A stretch of DNA of 64,000 bases from Verrucomicrobiota bacterium (lineage in GTDB: Bacteria; Verrucomicrobiota; Verrucomicrobiia; Opitutales; Seribacteraceae), in assembly GCA_027622665.1 (NCBI GenBank), contig JAQBYT010000002.1, positions 32,001-96,000 on the forward strand, read 5' to 3'. Shown one piece after another: positions 40,267 to 50,435 of the stretch; positions within the stretch are counted from its first letter, which is position 1; each line of letters starts with the position of its first letter. A model generated the notes under the pieces. That model saw only the letters and a list, made by a program, of their open reading frames with translations, was not told the DNA's origin and did no database searches. Made by a program: the position numbers and the translations under genes.

Positions 40267-41328
40267 ATGCATAACGGAATTCCACCTTTCACCATGCAGC
40301 CCTCGATAATCCATATAGTCGTCCTCCTTTTGATCGCGATTCGGGCTCTCGCCCATCCCGTTCCCGACAGTCCGAAGTGGCTGGTTTATCCCGGCGGTGA
40401 AGGTCCCGGCAAAGGCAAGCACGTCGTTCTCATCTCCGCCGATCAGGAATACCGTAGCGAACAATCCATGCCGATGATGGCGAAAATCCTGAGCAGGCAT
40501 CATGGCTTTGACTGTACCGTACTGTTTGGGGTCAACGAAGAGGGCGAAGTCGACCCGACCATGCCGGTCTACCCGAAAAAGGGGAAGGAGGACGAATTCA
40601 AGTCACACGATATTCCCGGCCTTGAGCATCTCGCATCAGCCGACCTCGTAATCTTTTTTACCCGCCTGCTGACCCTCCCGATCGCCCAACAGGAACAGAT
40701 CGTCTCCTACCTCGATTCCGGCAAACCAATGATTGCGCTTCGGACTGCGAATCATGGATTCCGCGGACCTATTCCCTACGAGATTGATGGTAAAAGGGTG
40801 AACTTCGGAAACGACGTACTGGGAGGGTCCTTCAGGGGGCATCACGGTCGTTGGCATGCCGATTCAACCAGAGGCGCCGTTGTCGAAGAACAAAAGAATC
40901 ATCCCATCGTATCCGGGGTCAAAGATATCTGGGGACCGTCGGACGTTTACCGGACATACAAGGAAGGAACCAGTCTTCCGGAAGGTTGCACCGCCTTGGT
41001 CTGGGGGCAGCCGTTGATGGGACGCAAACCCGACGATCTTCCGAATCAAAAAAAGGAACCGCTCCCGGTCGCCTGGTTCAAGACCTGGAAGACCAGCAAA
41101 GGCAAAAGCGCTCGCGTGTTCCATTCGACCATGGGCAGCGCCAAGGACTTGGAAAGCGATGGTCTGCGCCGCCTCGTCATCAATGCCACCTATTGGGGCT
41201 TGGGCTTGGAATCCGCCATTTCCCCGACCAGAAAAGTCGACTACGTGGGCCCCTACAAACCTCTCGCGAGTGGATTCAATTATGAAAAGCTCGGGGTCGT
41301 GCCAAAGTTTCCCGAAGCTTACAAATAG
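40267..41328 (+). CDS. ThuA-like domain protein
   Basis: GPGKGKHVVLISADQEYRSEQ, RTANH.F, P.AW, RVF.STMG. Confidence 0.8.
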   Translation: MHNGIPPFTMQPSIIHIVVLLLIAIRALAHPVPDSPKWLVYPGGEGPGKGKHVVLISADQEYRSEQSMPMMAKILSRHHGFDCTVLFGVNEEGEVDPTMPVYPKKGKEDEFKSHDIPGLEHLASADLVIFFTRLLTLPIAQQEQIVSYLDSGKPMIALRTANHGFRGPIPYEIDGKRVNFGNDVLGGSFRGHHGRWHADSTRGAVVEEQKNHPIVSGVKDIWGPSDVYRTYKEGTSLPEGCTALVWGQPLMGRKPDDLPNQKKEPLPVAWFKTWKTSKGKSARVFHSTMGSAKDLESDGLRRLVINATYWGLGLESAISPTRKVDYVGPYKPLASGFNYEKLGVVPKFPEAYK

Positions 41329-41348
41329 CAAACCCGTAATTTAACCTC

Positions 41349-42101
41349 ATGAGTACGAATATTCATCCCCATAGCCTCCACCTGAAGCTCAACTCCTTAG
41401 TCGCTTTTGCCTCTTTTTTCGTAGTTGCCACCGTTGCCTCCGGGCAGAAGAAGGACATGCCGAGGGAGAATGTCATCGAGATCCCGGCAATTGGCGAGGG
41501 ACTCTGCTTCCATAACCTTTTCCAGTCCAACATGGTGCTGCAACGGGACAAGCCGATTCAAATCTGGGGATGGGCAAGTCCGGAAGAAAAGGTAAGCGTC
41601 TCCTTTGCCGATCAAACCCAAAGAGCAGAGGCAAACAAGGATCGCTTATGGAAGATCACTTTGCCCGCTATGTCGGCCAATGCAGAACCGCAAACACTTA
41701 CCGTCAAAGGTAAGGCCAAGCTGCGGCATGCACCAAGCCACATCATCGACCTCGCTCCCACCTGTCTCTCGGCAGCCGGTCTTTCGGTCAAGGGAATGGA
41801 AGGCAAGAGCCTCTTGCCCGTCTTTCCCAAGGATTCCATGTGGCAACGTACTCTTTACTGGGAGCACGAGGGCAACCGGGCGGTCCGCAAGGGAAACCAT
41901 AAGCTGGTCGCCATTCACTATACCCCGTGGAAATTGTACGATCTGAGCAAGGATCGCAGTGAATTGAACGACCTTTCCGAAACCATGCCTAAGAAAACCG
42001 ATGATTTGCGGCTCGCTTACGAGACTTGGGCGAAACGCGTTGGGACCTTGCCTTGGAACGAAGTCAATGTGAAGAAGAGTAAGAAGCAAAAGATGAAATG
42101 A
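41349..42101 (+). pseudogene. In-frame chimera: sialate O-acetylesterase N-terminus + sulfatase C-terminus
   Basis: FQSNMVLQRDKPI.IWGWA joined near 41710 to HIIDLAPT..EGKSL.P..YWEHEGNRAVR.G..KLV..LYDL..DRSE. Confidence 0.8.
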
Positions 42102-42225
42102 ATCCCCAAACTTCGCGACCTGAAGCATATGTTGCTTTTTAAGGAAAAATGAACTCGCCATCGAGTTGATTTTTCTTTGTTACCCAAGACATCTACCCTT
42201 TCAAATTCATTATTCCAAAGATCTC

Positions 42226-43431
42226 ATGACTACTGCCATTAAAAACTTCCACCTGATCGTTTTCTATTTTTCTTTATCCAAGCTCTGCTTGCTTAGCTAC
42301 GGGGCCGGGGCCTTGCAGTTTCGCGTTCAGCAATTGTACAAGGACAATGTCGAGTCTTGTGCCGTGGGGGATATTGACAAGGACGGCGATCTCGATGTCG
42401 TTGCTGGCGAACGATTTTACCTGAATCCGGAATGGAAACCGATCAAGTTCCGGAGCATTAAGCCTTTTGGCAAAGACTACATGCAGGACAACGGAGATTA
42501 CGTTTATGATGTCAACGGCGACGGTTGGCTGGATGTCGTAGCCGGTCAGTTTACGGTTTCCCCCTTGCTCTGGTTCGAGAATCCAGGAGAAAAGACCTTG
42601 GGCGGCGGCAAACTATGGAAGCAGCACACATTGGTGGATACCGGGGTGGGTCACAACGAGATCATCTTTTTTCGGGACATGGACGGCGATGGGGTACCCG
42701 AGTACATCGCAAATAGCTGGAATAGTAAAAACCCTATGTTGATTTGGAAGTTTTCAAAAGTCGATGGCGTACCAACTATGACTAAAAGTGTCGTTTCGGA
42801 GTCGGGCAATGGTCATGGACAAGGTTATGGCGACGTGAATGGGGATGGTCTGGAAGACATTGTATTCATGCAAGGTTGGTACGAACGCCCCGCCAAGAAT
42901 GCCTTCGGACAGACTTGGAAGTGGCATAAGGATTTTACGCTGCCTCATGCCAGTTGCCCTATCTTGGTCCTTGATTTGAACAAGGATGGCAGAAACGATA
43001 TGATATGGGGCAATGGTCATAATTATGGGCTGTATTGGCATGAACAACTCCAACCGAGCGAGGGAGGTAAGACCGTTTGGAAACATCATTTGATCGACAA
43101 GAATATCAGCCAGTTTCACGCCTTGGCTTGGGAAGACTTGAACAACGACGGCAACCCCGAGATCATTACCGGCAAGCGCTACTATGCCCACAGTGGAACA
43201 GATGCAGGGGCCAAGGATGAGATTGTGATCGTTTATTACCAGCCTCGTTTGGCTGAAGACGGGACGGTTACCTTTCAAAAGGAAATTGCCCACAAGGGCC
43301 AAGCGGGAACGGGTCTACAGATTCTTGTTGCCGACCTCAACGGAGACCGTTGGAAGGAGATTATCGTGCCCGGCAAGTCAGGTACTCATATTCTCTGGAA
43401 CAAGGGAACGCTCTCGACCCCGAAGGAGTAA
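42226..43431 (+). CDS. FG-GAP/VCBS repeat beta-propeller protein
   Basis: Repeated D.[ND].DG..D motifs. Confidence 0.85.
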   Translation: MTTAIKNFHLIVFYFSLSKLCLLSYGAGALQFRVQQLYKDNVESCAVGDIDKDGDLDVVAGERFYLNPEWKPIKFRSIKPFGKDYMQDNGDYVYDVNGDGWLDVVAGQFTVSPLLWFENPGEKTLGGGKLWKQHTLVDTGVGHNEIIFFRDMDGDGVPEYIANSWNSKNPMLIWKFSKVDGVPTMTKSVVSESGNGHGQGYGDVNGDGLEDIVFMQGWYERPAKNAFGQTWKWHKDFTLPHASCPILVLDLNKDGRNDMIWGNGHNYGLYWHEQLQPSEGGKTVWKHHLIDKNISQFHALAWEDLNNDGNPEIITGKRYYAHSGTDAGAKDEIVIVYYQPRLAEDGTVTFQKEIAHKGQAGTGLQILVADLNGDRWKEIIVPGKSGTHILWNKGTLSTPKE

Positions 43432-43718
43432 TAGAAATCAATTAGTTGCTTGTACTCTTTTGCTCGGGCACTTTTCGGAGTTTATTTTAGTTGGTTAAAT
43501 CGGGATCGTTTAGAGTTTTGTCTCATGGTAACTTGGATTATCGGACAAGACGATGACGTCGACGGCACATCATATTTTTTTCAATAGCTCTTTTCACTTA
43601 TTCCTTATTTGCTTCAATTTCACTCTTATCTTATAGGCGACAAGCAGATTCTTGACAGGTTTTTTCAAGGATTCTCAATCGGACATTGCAATAATCGAGG
43701 TTTAACTTTCTTCCCCTT

Positions 43719-44582
43719 ATGATCAATTCCATCGTAACTCATCCGGGTGGTGCCCACAAAGACGAGTTTCTTGCTTGTGCCGTCCTTCTGTCTAAAGACT
43801 CCCTGCCCATCTATCGTCGCGAACCGAACGAAGTCGACCTAGCTGATGAAACCATCGCCGTTCTCGATGTGGGAGGCGAACACGATCCGGAACGCAGCAA
43901 CTTCGATCATCACCAGTTCCCCCGTGACATGGAACCGACCTGTGCCTTGTCCCTCGTGCTGCAACACCTTGGACTATACGAGGATGCTCGTGAATTCTGC
44001 TCCTGGTTGGAAGTCGCGGAGTGGTTTGATTGCCGAGGACCAAACGACACGGCGGAGTGGCTCGGGGTTGATCGCGAGATCATGGGTAAACTGAATTCAC
44101 CCCTCGACATCACTTTATTACAGAGTTTCGGTAAACAGACCGAGCACCATCCGGGTGAGCCCATTTGGGAGGTGATGAGAATGATCGGAACCGACTTGGT
44201 CGGATACCTGACTTCTTTGCGTTCGCGTTTGGATTTCGTTGCCCAACATTGCGAAGTCTGGACGATGAAGGAAGGAGATGGCGGCTGGAAAGTTCTTTTT
44301 TTGCCTTACACGGAATCCTCTCCGGAAGAAGCTTCCGGTGTATTGGGTTGGCACGTCAAGGCGCTAGGGTTGGAGGATCAGGTTCTTGCCTTGGTCTATC
44401 CCGACAGCCGGGGAGAAGGCTACGGGATGCGGCGTTTCAATGACGATCAACGCCTTGACTTCAGCCAACTGGAGGAAGAAGCGGACATACGATTCGCCCA
44501 CGCCCGAGGATTCATCGCCAAGACTTCAAGCACGGAGGTCGAAAGATTGAAAACTCTCGTATTGAAAGCGTATCGAGCATAA
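43719..44582 (+). CDS. MYG1 family protein
   Basis: TH.G..H.DE, DVGG, FDHHQ, FAH..GF. Confidence 0.85.
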   Translation: MINSIVTHPGGAHKDEFLACAVLLSKDSLPIYRREPNEVDLADETIAVLDVGGEHDPERSNFDHHQFPRDMEPTCALSLVLQHLGLYEDAREFCSWLEVAEWFDCRGPNDTAEWLGVDREIMGKLNSPLDITLLQSFGKQTEHHPGEPIWEVMRMIGTDLVGYLTSLRSRLDFVAQHCEVWTMKEGDGGWKVLFLPYTESSPEEASGVLGWHVKALGLEDQVLALVYPDSRGEGYGMRRFNDDQRLDFSQLEEEADIRFAHARGFIAKTSSTEVERLKTLVLKAYRA

Positions 44583-44639
44583 CAACGACTCACCGTTCCT
44601 GAATGTTTCTCCGTATGTGCAATTTGAATAGAGTGTCGA

Positions 44640-46583
44640 TCAGTTGTCGGCCTCGAGTTTGAGAAGATTTTCGGTTTCTATATCCCACTCGTAATTTTTT
44701 TCGCTCAAATTTTTCGCTATACGAGCGGCTTTAATGTTCAGCTCCTTCGCCTTGTCGGGGTCGGAATAGGAATCCGGGTCTTCCAATAGTTTGGTTATTT
44801 CTGCTTGATCTCCCTCCAAGGCTAAAATTTCTGATTCAATTTTGGCTACACCTTTTTCAAATTTCTTTCGTTTTGCTGACTCGATTTTTCTTTTTTCTGC
44901 TCCGAGCCGTCTTCTTTCCTTGGCGTTGACCACCCTTGTCTTCTCGCTTGGTTTCTTTGAAGCTTCAGGACTGGCGTTCCTCAGTCCTGCGACTAATCCC
45001 CCCTGCTCAGAAGTTGCTCCTGATTTTCTAAGGTAATAATCGTAATCCCCGGAGTAGGCGGTGGTTTTCCCCGTCTCGATTTGTATAGTGTGCTTGGCGA
45101 CCGCTCGAATGAAGTGCACGTCATGACTCACGAATACGATAGTCCCCGTATAGCTTTGGAGAGCTTTGATGAAGGCATCGATACTCGGCATGTCGAGGTG
45201 TGTGGTCGGCTCGTCCAAGAGGAGCAGGTTGGGAGGGGCGAGCAGCAACTTGATCAAGGCCAAGCGACTTTTTTCACCTCCGCTCAAGACTTTCACTTTC
45301 TTGAAGACATCGTCGCCCCGAAAAAGGAACGCTCCCATGAGTGTTCGAACATTCACCTCGGTCATGTCGTTCTTGACTCGTTCCATGGCTTCTTCCAATG
45401 CGGTTCGTTCGAGATCCAGCACATCGACCCGTTGCTGGGAAAAATAACCTACCTCGACATTGTGCCCGAGTTCGCAAGTCCCGCCTTCAATGGGTATTAT
45501 GTTGCCTAGTATTTTGAGAAGGGTAGATTTCCCCGCCCCGTTTGGTCCCACCAGCACAATGCGCTGGTGTTTTTCGATTTCCAGATCGAGGTTCTTGTAG
45601 ACCACGAGGTCCCCATAGGCTTGTCGGACGTTTTTGCAGGTGGCTACCCTTTGGCCGCTGCGCTGAGGTTGGGGAAATTGAAAGGCGATGGTGGCTTCCG
45701 CGCTTTCGGGAGCCTCAATACGCTCCATCTTTTCCAGTTGCTTGATTCGGGCCTGGGCCTGCGTCGCCTTGGAGGCCTTTGCGCGGAAGCGCCTGACGAA
45801 TGACTCCAGATGCTCGATCTCGCGCTGCTGGTTTTGGTAGGCGGCCAGATGCTGGGCTTCGCGTTCGGCTTTTTGCACGAGGTAGTTTTCGTAATTGCCG
45901 TTGTAGCGATGAAGCTTTCTGTGACTGATCTCGACTATGCCGTCGCAGATTGCATTGAGGAATTCACGATCGTGCGAAATGGTGAGTATGGCCCCGGTGT
46001 ATCGCTTTAATTGACCTTGAAACCAGCCCAGCGTTTCGAGGTCCAGGTGATTGGTTGGCTCATCCAGCATCAGCAGATCCGGTTCCATCACCAACAAGCG
46101 GGCGATGTGGACTCGCATGATCCAGCCACCGCTCAAGGAGTTTGCAGGTTTATCGAAATCCTCGGGGCGGAAGGCAAGTCCTGCGAGGATGCGTTTGGCT
46201 TTGGCTTCCAGGTTGTGCCCGTCTAGTTCGACGAATTTCTCCAGGGCTTCCAACCTTTCCGGAGAATGAGGTTCGGGGTGGTCACGGAGATTTTTTATTA
46301 TTCCCTCCATGGTCGGAGAAATTGAAGTGGCTAATTCGACTACTGTTTCTCCTCTGGTCGGCGCGCTTTCTTGAGGGAGAAAGCCTATTCGCGTGCCACG
46401 TTCCAACTCTATTTTCCCATCGTCAGATTCGGTCTCTCCCAAGATAATCGAGAACAGCGTGGTTTTTCCCGTGCCGTTTGGACCCACGAGACCAAGTCGT
46501 TCGCCGCGCAAAAGGCGAAGGGAAATCTTGGTAAACAGGGTTTGAGGCCCGAAACCCTTACTGATTTTTGATACGGTTAGCAT
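44640..46583 (-). CDS. ABC-F family ATPase
   Basis: Two Walker A motifs (GPNGTGKT, GPNGAGKS), LSGG, LDEPT, no TM segments, C-terminal coiled coil. Confidence 0.92.
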   Translation of the reverse strand: MLTVSKISKGFGPQTLFTKISLRLLRGERLGLVGPNGTGKTTLFSIILGETESDDGKIELERGTRIGFLPQESAPTRGETVVELATSISPTMEGIIKNLRDHPEPHSPERLEALEKFVELDGHNLEAKAKRILAGLAFRPEDFDKPANSLSGGWIMRVHIARLLVMEPDLLMLDEPTNHLDLETLGWFQGQLKRYTGAILTISHDREFLNAICDGIVEISHRKLHRYNGNYENYLVQKAEREAQHLAAYQNQQREIEHLESFVRRFRAKASKATQAQARIKQLEKMERIEAPESAEATIAFQFPQPQRSGQRVATCKNVRQAYGDLVVYKNLDLEIEKHQRIVLVGPNGAGKSTLLKILGNIIPIEGGTCELGHNVEVGYFSQQRVDVLDLERTALEEAMERVKNDMTEVNVRTLMGAFLFRGDDVFKKVKVLSGGEKSRLALIKLLLAPPNLLLLDEPTTHLDMPSIDAFIKALQSYTGTIVFVSHDVHFIRAVAKHTIQIETGKTTAYSGDYDYYLRKSGATSEQGGLVAGLRNASPEASKKPSEKTRVVNAKERRRLGAEKRKIESAKRKKFEKGVAKIESEILALEGDQAEITKLLEDPDSYSDPDKAKELNIKAARIAKNLSEKNYEWDIETENLLKLEADN

Positions 46584-46893
46584 ATTAGAGGGGCAGAGGT
46601 TCGATAAACCACGCATATAGGCAAAGCAAAAAACCTTTTATTTACGATCCCATGGACAGTTTCTATTGAAATTAGGTTTATTTCAGATTGGCTTTTAAAT
46701 ATTGAGATGAAAGACCTCGGTGAAGTCGATAACCTGTAGGCCGAATATCCGAAGAAGGGGTACATCCCGTGTTTGTTCGAAGATAAATACTCCGACAAAG
46801 TTCTAATTCTCTATCCGGCCACTATTTACAATATATCGTTCCTGTCTCTAAGCATGGAGGCCGAATCTCGAACTCCCTCAACGATACAAAACT

Positions 46894-47473
46894 ATGAAAA
46901 CCATTATCCATACTTTTTCCCTACTCCTGCTGATATTCGCCGTCATCACTCCGGCCTTTGCTGCAGGCAACGCAAAGAAGAAAAAGCCTTCGGGAGTATC
47001 CATCAAAGCGCCAAAGGGCGTTGAGTTGACAGCCGATCAGCAGACCAAGCTGAATGCCTTGAACAAGGAATTCGGCCCCCGATTCGCCGCCTGCCGCAAA
47101 GAAGCCTCAGGAATAATTACCGCAGACCAAAAGAAAGCCCGGCACCAGTTCCTCCATCGTCGAGCTGGTCGATTTGTTCCCCACCGCCTGCGATGCTACC
47201 GGATTGCCTATTCCCCAAGGGGTGCAAGGCAAGAGTCTCCTCCCCGTATTGGAAAACCCGAAGGCAACGGTCAAGGAAGCTGCCTTCTCCTTTGTTGGCA
47301 AGGGCACTTCGATGCGCACCTCGAAGTGGGCTTGCATGAAATATGGCGACGGCTCCGAGGAACTATACGATATGAAGAAGGATCCCAAGCAGTTCGTTAA
47401 CTTGGCCAAATCCACTCAGCATGCCAAGGCGCTCACGTCCATTCGCAAGCAATTTCAAGCCGCCCGCAAGTAA
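46894..47473 (+). pseudogene. Secreted-protein 5' fragment joined (near 47140) to a sulfatase C-terminal fragment
   Basis: Signal peptide and LTADQQ.KL; then VELVDLFPT..QGKSL.PVL.NP..EELYDM..DP.Q..NLA in another frame. Confidence 0.7.
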
Positions 47474-47492
47474 TACGGGTGGGGCCCCTTTG

Positions 47493-48188
47493 TTACTTCA
47501 GCGGAGTGATCTTTATATTGCGGTAGGCGACGGGTCCGTGGTCCCCTTGGAACATAATGGGTCCCTTGGCCATTTCCTTGCCGGTCAATCCTCCGGGTGT
47601 GGGCTTCGGTAGCTCCACCTTTTCCTGAATCACCTTGCCGTTGAGAACTACCTTCTCGACGTGGGCATTCTTGACCTTCTTGCCGTCCTTGTACTTTGGG
47701 GCATGGAAAACGATTTCGTACTTTTGCCATTCGCCGGGCTTTTTGCTGGCATTCATAGCGGGTGGTTTGGCCCCGTATATGGCTCCCATGTCGCCCATCC
47801 CGAGCTTGGTCCGCCCATGGCTGTCCAGTACTTGGATTTCGTATTCTCCATGAAGATAGATACCTGAGTTCGAACCCTTCGGCACCATGATCTCAAGTTC
47901 GATTCGAGCATCGCCGTAAGTGAAGGTGGAGTAGATGTCGAGGCTCTTGCCGGCGGTTTTTGACGGAGCGTTTACCATTTCGCCGGCGCCATCCTTAACA
48001 ATTAATTCATTTGGGTTTTCGGGATGTACTGCGGCGACGCCGACTGACCAACAATCCTTATTCTTGCCTCGAGGCTTTGTCTTCCAGTCATCAAGATCCT
48101 TGCCATTGAAGGGCGAAGCGGCTTGGGAATGGGAGATCAAGATTAGCGAACCGATGAACGCCCTTAGTAAAAGTCGGATTTTTTTCAT
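47493..48188 (-). CDS. DUF1080 (3-keto-disaccharide hydrolase-like) protein
   Basis: FNGKDL..W, NSGIYL.G.YEIQVLDS, GEWQ, QGDHG.V.YRNI. Confidence 0.88.
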   Translation of the reverse strand: MKKIRLLLRAFIGSLILISHSQAASPFNGKDLDDWKTKPRGKNKDCWSVGVAAVHPENPNELIVKDGAGEMVNAPSKTAGKSLDIYSTFTYGDARIELEIMVPKGSNSGIYLHGEYEIQVLDSHGRTKLGMGDMGAIYGAKPPAMNASKKPGEWQKYEIVFHAPKYKDGKKVKNAHVEKVVLNGKVIQEKVELPKPTPGGLTGKEMAKGPIMFQGDHGPVAYRNIKITPLK

Positions 48189-48355
48189 ATTGTCGGTGAA
48201 GTTAATGTAGATGTAATTCACGGAATCTTGGAATGCGGCGATCCGCTTGTCGATTCCTCACTTGCGTTTAATGATTAATCATTTTGGCAGACTGAATGAT
48301 TTTTTCGGTTCTATCCCACTTGCCAAGTGAGTGCAGGCAATTAGGATCGATTATT

Positions 48356-49090
48356 ATGAAAGCACTTCTTCTCGTCTCCCCGAAAACCTTCCTCCTCGCC
48401 ATTCTGGCCTTTTCTATAGCTTCCGTTGCACCTGCAGTCGAGATACCGAAGTGGGTCGACCTTTTCAACGGCAAGGACCTCGCCGGGTGGGTCGACGTCA
48501 ACACTTCGCCCGACACGTGGTACGTCAAGGACGGCATGCTGATCTGCAAGGGGAAGCCCATCGGCGTGATGCGGAGTGAGAAACAGTACGAGAACTTTTT
48601 GTTGCACGTCGAGTGGCGGCACATGGAACCGGGGGGTAATTCCGGCATCTTTGCTTGGAGCGACGCCATCCCTTTCGGCAACCGGTTGCCCAAGGGCTTG
48701 GAGATCCAGATGCTCGAACTCGATTGGGTCAAACTGCACACCCGCAAGGGCAAAGCTCCTCCTCCCATCGCTTACGTCCATGGCGAGCTCTTCGGGGCGG
48801 GTGGTCTCAAGGCGACTCCCGACAACCCGCGTGGCAGTCGGAGTAAGTCCCTCGAGAACCGTTGCAAGGGGAGGGGAGAGTGGAATGTTTACGACGTCGT
48901 CTGCGTGGACGGCGTGGTCAAGCTCTCGGTAAACGGCAAGTTCGTCAACGGCATCCGCAACGTAGAGTACAAGAAAGGCTACCTTTGCCTTGAGTCGGAA
49001 GGAGCCGAGATCCACTTTCGCAACCTGAAGATCATGGAACTTCCTCCGGGGATTACCTCCCCCGAGCAAACCGCTCCCTTGGTGAAGTGA
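48356..49090 (+). CDS. DUF1080 family protein
   Basis: [27 protein letters not shown]. Confidence 0.88.
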   Translation: MKALLLVSPKTFLLAILAFSIASVAPAVEIPKWVDLFNGKDLAGWVDVNTSPDTWYVKDGMLICKGKPIGVMRSEKQYENFLLHVEWRHMEPGGNSGIFAWSDAIPFGNRLPKGLEIQMLELDWVKLHTRKGKAPPPIAYVHGELFGAGGLKATPDNPRGSRSKSLENRCKGRGEWNVYDVVCVDGVVKLSVNGKFVNGIRNVEYKKGYLCLESEGAEIHFRNLKIMELPPGITSPEQTAPLVK

Positions 49091-49187
49091 CTTTTCGGAC
49101 TGTCCTGACCATTCCCTTCTGTTTCTTGCCGCTCGTCCTTGCGGCGTCAGACGAGAATGGTTCCCGATCGCCCAACGTTGTCTTTTC

Positions 49188-50342
49188 CTAGCCGACGACC
49201 TCGCATCCACGGATCGAAGAGCATCCTAACGCCTCGCCGACCGGTTGACTGGGCGAGCCTAAGATTTTGGTTTTTTGGGGGGCGGGACCTATGCTTCCGC
49301 CGGAAATGAATTTTGCCGGAGTATGAATTTTTTTTCGGTCGGGCTTTCCTTTGCTCACGGCGGATGCCCAACGTAATATACGCTTACTAACCGCGGCAGA
49401 GTTCCATCGCATATGAGCTATGCCGAGGTGGCACCAAGTAAGTGACTCGTAGTCGGTTGAAACCAGTGATACTTCCTCCGGCACCTTGATGCCGCGCTGC
49501 AGCAGAAACTGCATGGCGGCGATCAAACGAGGTTCTTCATCGATGATCATCGCAGTGGGCGGTGTTGTACGAAAGAGCGCCTCTAGTAAATGTAAGAATC
49601 CCTCGGGAGTCTCTTCCCAGTCCGGGAGGTTGAAGTCACCCGTTTTTATGCCGTTGGACTCCAGTTCTTCAAGGAAAGCGCGTTCGCATCTGCCGGGCGA
49701 GGGCTTTCTGCGTGGACTCAAAGTGATCAGCGTAATTCGTCTATGACCTAGATCAATTAGGGATCGGGTGGCAGCCTTGAATGCCGGAAGTTTGTCGGGT
49801 CCCGCACTAGCTATGCGATGGTCGCCTTTTCTGCCGAAAAGAGCCATGCAGGGAACGGACTGTTCGGCGAACCATTCCAACAGTTTGTATGAACCCGCTG
49901 ACACGATCCATGCATCTGCAGGGTTCTCCGTGATGTGGTTAGTTATCCGACCGACGTCGTGCTGAAGCTCGACTTGTGATTTTTGGGCGAAAAATGACAC
50001 ATGACCCACTGCTTCCAGGTCGCTCCGAATCTGGTGGACCAGATTGTCCGTTTGGACATGGTGATTCATCGGTGGATCGTGGGGGAGAATGCAAACCCTC
50101 AAGCCTTTGCTGATTGAACTGGATTTAACTATCTCGCGGCTTCGACCTTTTCCTCTTGAGACCAGCAAACCTTTTTTTTCGAGTTGTAGGATGGCGGAAC
50201 GAATGGTCGGAGGCGAGACATCGAGTTCTTCGGCCAATCGCTCCACGCCAGGTAACTTTCTGACCCAACGCCCCGTACGAAATCCTTCTCGCAAGTGAAT
50301 TTCCGTTTGTTCCGAAAGGGTTAATCGAGCCAGCGGTTTCAT
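49188..50342 (-). CDS. Transcriptional regulator: GntR-type HTH + LacI-type sensor domain
   Basis: LPG...LAEELDVS..TIR; LI.LGHRRI, PTA, GIKVPEEVSLV. Confidence 0.85.
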   Translation of the reverse strand: MKPLARLTLSEQTEIHLREGFRTGRWVRKLPGVERLAEELDVSPPTIRSAILQLEKKGLLVSRGKGRSREIVKSSSISKGLRVCILPHDPPMNHHVQTDNLVHQIRSDLEAVGHVSFFAQKSQVELQHDVGRITNHITENPADAWIVSAGSYKLLEWFAEQSVPCMALFGRKGDHRIASAGPDKLPAFKAATRSLIDLGHRRITLITLSPRRKPSPGRCERAFLEELESNGIKTGDFNLPDWEETPEGFLHLLEALFRTTPPTAMIIDEEPRLIAAMQFLLQRGIKVPEEVSLVSTDYESLTWCHLGIAHMRWNSAAVSKRILRWASAVSKGKPDRKKIHTPAKFISGGSIGPAPQKTKILGSPSQPVGEALGCSSIRGCEVVG

Positions 50343-50435
50343 TGCTTTAACTACTCAATATATGTCACTAGTTTGGGTCAATGTAAATGTTCTCTATCAG
50401 TTGACGAAAACGTTTGATTGGATACTTTCACTAAA

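Noticed and set aside
30804..49210. Long antisense or alternate-frame ORFs (e.g. 30804-31610, 34146-34967, 38936-39808, 48341-49210)
   Set aside because: Shadows of well-supported genes in GC-rich DNA, with no recognisable motifs.
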